Positions 57,680 through 64,000 of a stretch of 64,000 nucleotides of DNA are shown piece after piece (the stretch's first letter is position 1; each line of letters opens with the position of its first letter). The position numbers and the translations under genes are program-made. The DNA lies in the NCBI GenBank assembly GCA_018662325.1, contig JABJGM010000007.1:69305-133304 (forward strand). The letters are read 5' to 3'. This stretch comes from a bacterium. Lineage in GTDB: Bacteria > Patescibacteriota > Gracilibacteria > UBA1369 > GCA-2718715. The notes beneath the pieces are model-generated. The model saw only the letters and a program-made list of their open reading frames with translations, ran no database searches and was not told where the DNA came from.

Positions 57680-60561
57680 TTTTCTAATTTTTTAACATCA
57701 AATTCTAGCTCATTGGTTAAACCGTTAGGGTTTATTATAATCTGTTTGTTTTCAGTTTTTTGAATATTTTCTGAATTATCTTCTTCTTTATTTTCTTTTG
57801 GGTTTTTACTTGCATCCCCAACTATAAGATTATAATTTTTTTCTACCACAAAATCGTTTTTATCAAATACTTTCATTTTTAACTGAACGGGAGTTCTGTT
57901 TGGACTGGTAATTCTTACGATTCCACGGAAAGGCTCTGTAGTACTTGTAAATTTCAAAAAATCATTTACATAATATTCAACCTTTTCAACTCCAGCATCA
58001 GCTTTTATATCAGCAAATATTTCTGTGTTACCTCTGTTTATTTGGTATCCATTTTTAAAATCTTTTGCGTCAATTGATAATTCATTTTCCGCATATTCTT
58101 TCTTACAGAGAACACTTTCTTCTAAAATTGGAGATCCTATTGCAACCTTCGATCCAAGCCGAAGATCTAATATTTCTTCATCAGAAAGAGTATTGAACCA
58201 GTCTCTTATTTCATTTTGTCTGTCTTTTAGAAGGTTTGGTTTATAAAAGGAAAGAATTTCATCAGAGAAAATTTCCATTTTTAAATTATCAATAAATTTA
58301 AGTTCTTTTACATACTCTTTTGGACAATATTCATTTACAAGCATTCTATTTCTTGAGTCTACTGTGGCTTCAAAATAAACATCATCAGATTTACTAGGTT
58401 TAAACTCATCAATAAATAAATCCTCTGACACTAAGTAGCTTGGAGTGTTTTGGCTAGGTATCATTCCTGAGTATGTACTATATGAATAGTTATTTACATT
58501 TCGAGGTTTAATAAAATCTCTTACCTCTAAGTCTTTATGATATTCAAGCATAGTTTCTTTCCAGATAGGACCGGCTTGTGAGTACCCCGAAGCTTTTAAT
58601 CCTGTTTGAGAACCATCAGTGTTCCCGGCCCATGCGATTGTTACGAGGTCTTTAGTCCATCCAACAGTGTATAGGTTTGTTGGATAGAGTATTTTTTCAA
58701 TTCTTTTAGTTGATGTACCAGTTTTAGCTGCAACCTTTCTACCAGGAAGAGTTAGTCTTTCTCCTAAATTCACACTTTTGTCTGATAAAATGTCATTTAT
58801 TAAATAAGTGATTTCTGGCTCTACAACTTGTTCTAGTTGATTTGAATCAACTATAAATCTATTGTCTAGTAAAATCTCTCCATTTTCATCTTCTACCTTT
58901 AAAATTGGATTTATTTCTCTAAGTTTTCCTTCGTTTGCAAAAACAGAATAACCTTGAGCTAATTCAAAAAGAGACATTTCTCCAGTACCTAAACTTAAGG
59001 GCCATCCGTAATCAGATCCTCTATCTAGTGATTTTATACCTACTTTTTCTGTAAAACTAATAATTGAATCTTGCTCTCCAGCAACATAATAAGCTTTAAC
59101 TGCAGGAATATTTCTGGATTGTCCTAGAGCTTTTCTTACTGAAATAGGCCCCATGAAGCTACCATCATAATTTTGAGGAGTATCGTTTCCAATTTTAATC
59201 GGAATATCAAAAATTGTATGACCAGGTGCTAATCCTCTTTCAAACGCAGAAGCAAATACTATGGGTTTAAAACTAGAACCAGGCTGTCTTAAGGCTAAAA
59301 CCATATTGTTATAACCTTCTATTTCTGGATTAGTAAAGTCTTTTGATCCCACCATTGCCTTAACGTACCCAGTTTCAGGTTCAATACTTATAACAGCTGC
59401 ATTGTTTACGTTGTAATTTTCATTATTTTTAGCATTCTTCTTAACAATCTCTTCTGTTTTTAGCTGAAAATCAAGATCAATAGTTGTATAAACTTTTAAA
59501 CCTGCATTTTCTACCATATCTTTTCCAAATTCTTTTTCTAAAAGGGATTTCACATAAGTTACAAAGTGATAAGCTTTTTGCTTAATCTTACTTTGATTAA
59601 ATTCCACATCTTGAATATCAATTTTAGACTGCTCAAACTCTTCATCGTTTATCAAATCTAGTTCGTGCATTCTTCTTAATACATTATCGGCTCTACCTGG
59701 AATAAAAATTTTAACTCCATTTGCAAGCTCATTTTCCTTTCCAAGTAAACCGTACGACCACTCATTAGAAGATAGGTCGTCGAGTTCTTCAATAGACCTT
59801 TCTTGAATCTCTTCTAGTGTAAAGTCTTTGCTAATTGTTGAGTATTTATTATCTCCAAATGGTGAAAAATAAGTGGGAGCATTTGGTAGTGCGGATAAAA
59901 TTGCAGATTCTATTAAATTTAGATCGGCAGCGTTTTTATCAAAGAAAACCTCTGCGGCTTTTTCAATCCCATAGGCCTGTCCTCCATATGGTATTCTGTT
60001 TAAATACATTTCAAGAATATCTTTTTTAGAGGCTTTTCTTTCAAGTCTTGAAGCCAATATTAATTCTTTGAATTTTCTAATATAAGTTCTTTCTCTAGAA
60101 AGAAGTGAATTTTTTATAAACTGTTGTGTAATTGTTGACCCACCTCTTGGGGAGCCCAATCCAAACTCACTTAAAACGGCCTTTGCAAGACCTCCTAGGT
60201 CAAAACCCTTGTGAGAATAGAATTTATCATCCTCAATAGCAACAGTAGCATTTAGTGTGTGTTGATTAAGGCTGTCAATAGAAATGTTCTCTCTAAGCTC
60301 TTCGGAATTCACTGTGTAGATAACCTCTCCGTTAACATCAAAGAATACGGTTGATTCTTTTCCCATTAAGTTTTCAAGATCAGCTACAGATGGTAAAAAC
60401 AAAGAAAACCAAACGGTCGCTACTAGCCCAAGTATATTAAAGAACAACACAAACTTCAAAACAAAGCTTGCAAAACTAAAAGTTTCTTTTTTGCTTTTTT
60501 GGTTTCTTTTGTGTCTCTTTCTATATTCCGAGCTAAAACCATCCCTGGTTCCTTTTTTCAT
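57676..60561 (-). CDS. Class A penicillin-binding protein (transglycosylase/transpeptidase)
   Basis: EDDKFYSHKG, GGSTITQQ, RKFKE, PGSSFKP (SxxK), SRN, KTGT. Confidence 0.96.
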   Translation of the reverse strand: MKKGTRDGFSSEYRKRHKRNQKSKKETFSFASFVLKFVLFFNILGLVATVWFSLFLPSVADLENLMGKESTVFFDVNGEVIYTVNSEELRENISIDSLNQHTLNATVAIEDDKFYSHKGFDLGGLAKAVLSEFGLGSPRGGSTITQQFIKNSLLSRERTYIRKFKELILASRLERKASKKDILEMYLNRIPYGGQAYGIEKAAEVFFDKNAADLNLIESAILSALPNAPTYFSPFGDNKYSTISKDFTLEEIQERSIEELDDLSSNEWSYGLLGKENELANGVKIFIPGRADNVLRRMHELDLINDEEFEQSKIDIQDVEFNQSKIKQKAYHFVTYVKSLLEKEFGKDMVENAGLKVYTTIDLDFQLKTEEIVKKNAKNNENYNVNNAAVISIEPETGYVKAMVGSKDFTNPEIEGYNNMVLALRQPGSSFKPIVFASAFERGLAPGHTIFDIPIKIGNDTPQNYDGSFMGPISVRKALGQSRNIPAVKAYYVAGEQDSIISFTEKVGIKSLDRGSDYGWPLSLGTGEMSLFELAQGYSVFANEGKLREINPILKVEDENGEILLDNRFIVDSNQLEQVVEPEITYLINDILSDKSVNLGERLTLPGRKVAAKTGTSTKRIEKILYPTNLYTVGWTKDLVTIAWAGNTDGSQTGLKASGYSQAGPIWKETMLEYHKDLEVRDFIKPRNVNNYSYSTYSGMIPSQNTPSYLVSEDLFIDEFKPSKSDDVYFEATVDSRNRMLVNEYCPKEYVKELKFIDNLKMEIFSDEILSFYKPNLLKDRQNEIRDWFNTLSDEEILDLRLGSKVAIGSPILEESVLCKKEYAENELSIDAKDFKNGYQINRGNTEIFADIKADAGVEKVEYYVNDFLKFTSTTEPFRGIVRITSPNRTPVQLKMKVFDKNDFVVEKNYNLIVGDASKNPKENKEEDNSENIQKTENKQIIINPNGLTNELEFDVKKLEN

Positions 60562-60680
60562 ATTTAAGCTTAATCAAAGACAATTTTAAGCAAAATGAAG
60601 CTAAAAATCAAATCAAAATCATTTTTATTTGATTAAACTCCAAAATCTATTTATAATTTAATTAAATAAACAGTAAAGAT

Positions 60681-61349
60681 ATGAGCTTAATTATATTTTT
60701 GTTCTCGATTGCAATAACCGTTGTTGCTCAAATAATGGTACATTCTCAGTTTAAAAAAGCTGGGAAAATTCAAGGTAAATCCGGTTTAACAGGATTTCAA
60801 ACTGCTAAGAAGATACTTGACCAAAATGGATTGTCTGAAGTGAAAATCATTCAATCAAGTGGTAAATTATCGGATTATTATGATTCTCGTAATAAAGTAC
60901 TTGCACTTTCAAGTGATGTTTACAATAAATCATCAATAGCCGCTATAGCAGTTGCAGCCCATGAATGCGGACATGCTTTGCAAGACAAATATAATTACTC
61001 TTATCTAACTTTAAGACAAAGTTTATATCCGTTGGTTAGCGTTACTTCAAATATTGCTCCAATAATTATTATACTTAGTTTTTTATTTGCATCCACGGGT
61101 TTACTCAAAATCGGTATTGCAACATTTACTATTAGTTTATTTTTTACACTAATTACTCTCCCTGTTGAATTTGATGCTTCTAAAAGAGCTTTGAACGTTA
61201 TTCAGTCTCAGAATTTAGTTCTGGATGATTCAGAATTTAAAACAGCTAAAAAAGTTTTAGATGCAGCTGCCCTTACATATGTTGCAGCTTTTGTCACATC
61301 TCTCTTGGAGTTAGTTAGGTTAATCATAATTGCAAAGTCTAACGAATAA
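60681..61349 (+). CDS. Membrane zinc metallopeptidase (YugP-like)
   Basis: VAAHECGHALQ, TLPVEFDASKRA, AAALTYVA. Confidence 0.92.
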   Translation: MSLIIFLFSIAITVVAQIMVHSQFKKAGKIQGKSGLTGFQTAKKILDQNGLSEVKIIQSSGKLSDYYDSRNKVLALSSDVYNKSSIAAIAVAAHECGHALQDKYNYSYLTLRQSLYPLVSVTSNIAPIIIILSFLFASTGLLKIGIATFTISLFFTLITLPVEFDASKRALNVIQSQNLVLDDSEFKTAKKVLDAAALTYVAAFVTSLLELVRLIIIAKSNE

Positions 61350-61351
61350 AT

Positions 61352-62854
61352 ATGTTTGAATTATTAATATCTTTTATTGCCTCTACTGGTCTTTTTGTTG
61401 TTTTTGGAAAAGTTCTAGTATCCCAAACAAAAAAACTTGAAGGAATCCTTCATAAAGATTCTCAAAATCAGATAGTTGAATTTCAAGAAGAAAACAATCA
61501 AAAAATAGAAGCTTATAAAGATGGCTTTCAAAATATAAAAGAATCGATTCAAGAAACTATGAATATTTCACATGAATCGCTTGATCTTCTTACTCAAAAG
61601 ATTGAAAGTCGAAAAGAAAAGACTGAATCTGTTTTAAAAATAGTTAATGAACTAGAAAAAAAACACCAAGAAATTCTAAAAAAAGAAAAAGAATTAGTCT
61701 CAAGTTCCATTGAAGTTTTAGAAAAAAAAGTAAATAAATCGAAAGATGATTTAAAAAAAGAAATCATCAAGGATATGGATTTAAAAACAAGAGCTTCAAA
61801 CCAGACTGATTTAACTTATTACGTAGAGCGAACTAAGAAATTTCAAGAAAGAGTTTCAAATAATATATTAAAAAGCACAATTCAAAGAGTAACGGCAGAG
61901 AGTTCAGTAGATAAATCTTCTAGAATTTTAAAAATGCCATCTAAAAATAGCTTTCAAAGAATCTTAAAAGATCCAGCTATTTTGGAAGTAATTTCTAAAA
62001 CCCTTGGCGTTGAAATTGAACCTCTTGAAAGAGAATATTCTTTTAGAGTATCATCTTTTATTATGTGGAACTCAGAAATTGCCAAAAAAGTTTTATCTAA
62101 AATGGCTCTTTCTTTTAAATTTGATGCAAGTAAATTAGATTCCACAATCCAGTCTGCTAAGCAAGAATTTCAAAGACACTTGATTTCAGTTGGTAAAAAA
62201 GCTTTAGCTAAGCTTGGCTTAAAAGATCAAACTCCATATGTCTGTGAAATAGTTGGAAGATTAAACTACAGAACTTCATATGGTCAAAATATCTTAAAGC
62301 ACTCTTTTGAAACAGCCTATTTATGTTCTTTGATAGCGGCTCAATTAGGAGCAAATCAAAAAGTAGCTTTACTTGGTGGTTTCTTTCATGATGTAGGTAA
62401 GGCGCTTGATCAAGAAGTTGAAGGTTCACATGATGTACTAGGGATGGAATTCCTAAAAGAGAATGGATTTCCATTTGAAATTTATCATCCAGCTCATTCT
62501 CATCACCATGCCGTTGAAATCGAAACTATAGAAGCTCAAATTGTTATCATTGGAGATAAGCTTTCCGCATCAAGACAAGGTGCTAGAACGGAATCCATGG
62601 AAATGTATTTACAAAGAGTTAAAGGTTTAGAAAGAATTGCTAAGGAAGAAAAACTTGTCCAAAAATCATTTGCAGTAAGTGCAGGTAGAGAAATTAGAGC
62701 TTATCTAAACAATCATCAATCCAAAGATTCAGATATGTCTAAGGTAGCAAGTAATATGGTACATAAAATACAAGAAGAGTTAATATATCCAGGTAAGATC
62801 AAGGTTAATATTATCAGAGAGTTTGTCTCTACATCTATTGCTAATAAAAAATAA
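61352..62854 (+). CDS. RNase Y-like HD protein with divergent KH domain
   Basis: N-terminal TM, coiled coil, GRLNYRTSYGQNILKHS, HDVGKA, SASRQGAR, AGREIR, YPGKIKV. Confidence 0.85.
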   Translation: MFELLISFIASTGLFVVFGKVLVSQTKKLEGILHKDSQNQIVEFQEENNQKIEAYKDGFQNIKESIQETMNISHESLDLLTQKIESRKEKTESVLKIVNELEKKHQEILKKEKELVSSSIEVLEKKVNKSKDDLKKEIIKDMDLKTRASNQTDLTYYVERTKKFQERVSNNILKSTIQRVTAESSVDKSSRILKMPSKNSFQRILKDPAILEVISKTLGVEIEPLEREYSFRVSSFIMWNSEIAKKVLSKMALSFKFDASKLDSTIQSAKQEFQRHLISVGKKALAKLGLKDQTPYVCEIVGRLNYRTSYGQNILKHSFETAYLCSLIAAQLGANQKVALLGGFFHDVGKALDQEVEGSHDVLGMEFLKENGFPFEIYHPAHSHHHAVEIETIEAQIVIIGDKLSASRQGARTESMEMYLQRVKGLERIAKEEKLVQKSFAVSAGREIRAYLNNHQSKDSDMSKVASNMVHKIQEELIYPGKIKVNIIREFVSTSIANKK

Positions 62855-62855
62855 A

Positions 62856-63020
62856 ATGTCTAAAAACAAAGGATCATTAGAAAAGGTAATTATGACTGCA
62901 ATAGTAGGCGCAGCCATTGGATCTGTGATTGGCGTTTCAGTTGCTCCGAAAAAAGGAAAAGAAACGCGAAAAAACATCTTTACAAAACTTAAAAATATTG
63001 CAAGAATAATCAGGTCATAG
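62856..63020 (+). CDS. YtxH-like small membrane protein
   Basis: IVGAAIGSVIGVSVAPKKGKETR; ATG at 62856. Confidence 0.75.
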   Translation: MSKNKGSLEKVIMTAIVGAAIGSVIGVSVAPKKGKETRKNIFTKLKNIARIIRS

Positions 63021-63032
63021 TTAACAATCTAA

Positions 63033-64000
63033 ATGAACCTGATTAGAAACGTAAAAATAAAAATACTTTATTTGTTTATATTTATTCTTTTGTTTATAAG
63101 TTTAAATTATTTACAGGCAGATATATATTTAAAAATATTTAAAGAAAAAATTTCAAAGACAAGCATTGAGCTCTGTGTTTTAAATAGTTGTGAAACATAC
63201 AATTATTCATCTTTTTTAATTAGTGATGATGTAAAAGAAGTTTCAGCTTCAGGTGCCAGTAATTTAGCTTTAGATATGTATCTTTCTATAGATTTAAAAG
63301 ATGCTGAGTATTTTCAAGATGAAAAATGGTATAAAATCCAAGAGGACTATACCAAGGATGATTTGTTGCTTTTAATTCATAAGTCTCGTTACCCCAATAC
63401 TTACTTTTTAAATTATAGATCATCAATAGTAAGTAAGAAAATAGATATTTCAAAAGAAATCTCCCTTGAGCTAGAGGGGGAAATATTAAATATTTCTAAA
63501 CAAGAACTTAAAAAGCTAATTTTTATTAAGGATTCAGAACTTGTAATAAATCCCCTACTGTTTTTAAATTATCTAAAAGATAAAGAAGTTGACTTAACCA
63601 CTCCTGTCTTAGATCTTAATAATTTTAAAGCTTTTAAAAATAAAAAAATTCCAGATTTTGCTAAATTAGTTAACTCTCTTAATGTTAGTTTGAATGACAA
63701 TCAAGAACATTCAAAAATTAGAGTTGAATACTATATTCCAACCCCAAGTATTCTTTCAAATATAAATAATGAATATTCTATACAAAAAGTTGTCTTTACA
63801 AGCTTTTATGGATCTAATTTCAATCGTAATTTTAATATCCAAAATGCTATTAAAAAATTACAATTTATAGAATTAATGCCTAATCAAGAATTTTCTTTTT
63901 TAGATTCAATCGGAGATATTTCAAAAGAAACGGGTTACAAGGATTCATTAGTTATAACTAGTGAAGGTTTTGTGAGTCAAGCTGGAGGAGGAGTTTGTCA
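63033..64000 (+). CDS. VanW-family protein (truncated by window edge)
   Basis: Open frame from ATG63033 to the end; N-terminal TM; NRNFNI..PNQEFSF..GY..GGGVC. Confidence 0.85.
   Translation, partial: MNLIRNVKIKILYLFIFILLFISLNYLQADIYLKIFKEKISKTSIELCVLNSCETYNYSSFLISDDVKEVSASGASNLALDMYLSIDLKDAEYFQDEKWYKIQEDYTKDDLLLLIHKSRYPNTYFLNYRSSIVSKKIDISKEISLELEGEILNISKQELKKLIFIKDSELVINPLLFLNYLKDKEVDLTTPVLDLNNFKAFKNKKIPDFAKLVNSLNVSLNDNQEHSKIRVEYYIPTPSILSNINNEYSIQKVVFTSFYGSNFNRNFNIQNAIKKLQFIELMPNQEFSFLDSIGDISKETGYKDSLVITSEGFVSQAGGGVC

Noticed and set aside
4109-62977. The many 60-120 aa ORFs overlapping established genes (e.g. 4109, 5912, 8175, 13381, 17291, 25789, 44349, 58025, 62208)
   Set aside because: They are antisense or off-frame shadows with no recognisable motifs
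1-64000. Genetic code 25 (TGA=Gly) as in Gracilibacteria/Absconditabacteria
   Set aside because: Conserved genes are full length under code 11, TGA ends genes at ATGA overlaps (1655-1658, 57122-57125), and RF2 with the SPF motif is present

Overview
This is 64 kb of very AT-rich, gene-dense bacterial chromosome with almost no Shine-Dalgarno motifs. The gene content (pilin-like gene, FemAB-type ligase, VanW, stand-alone 5'-3' exonuclease, many orphans) suggests a Patescibacteria/CPR organism; this is inference. TGA is used as a stop and RF2 is present, so the standard code applies. The window contains the replication origin (AT-rich DUE, DnaA-trios and a DnaA-box array between dnaN and rnj, with no dnaA nearby), tmRNA and tRNA-Asp. 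Housekeeping genes include topA, murJ, rpsP, ftsAZ, def, mfd, dnaN, rnj, prfB, efp and a class A PBP, and there is a umuD-umuC-photolyase UV-repair cluster. The most striking unannotated element is at 158-306: a probably leaderless 19-aa leader peptide with six Ile codons and a full terminator/antiterminator set. This candidate isoleucine-sensing attenuator controls an ATP-grasp ligase plus M20 peptidase pair rather than a biosynthetic operon. Other oddities are a GGQ release-factor-domain::YaaA fusion, a UmuD with its catalytic Lys replaced by Arg and a palindromic operator candidate, a degenerate prephenate dehydratase, a 7x MTAPV repeat in a SOUL protein, a beta-barrel-like protein and a 1720-aa orphan. 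No CRISPR array, IS element or prophage was seen. All calls come from reading motifs by eye; no database searches were run.
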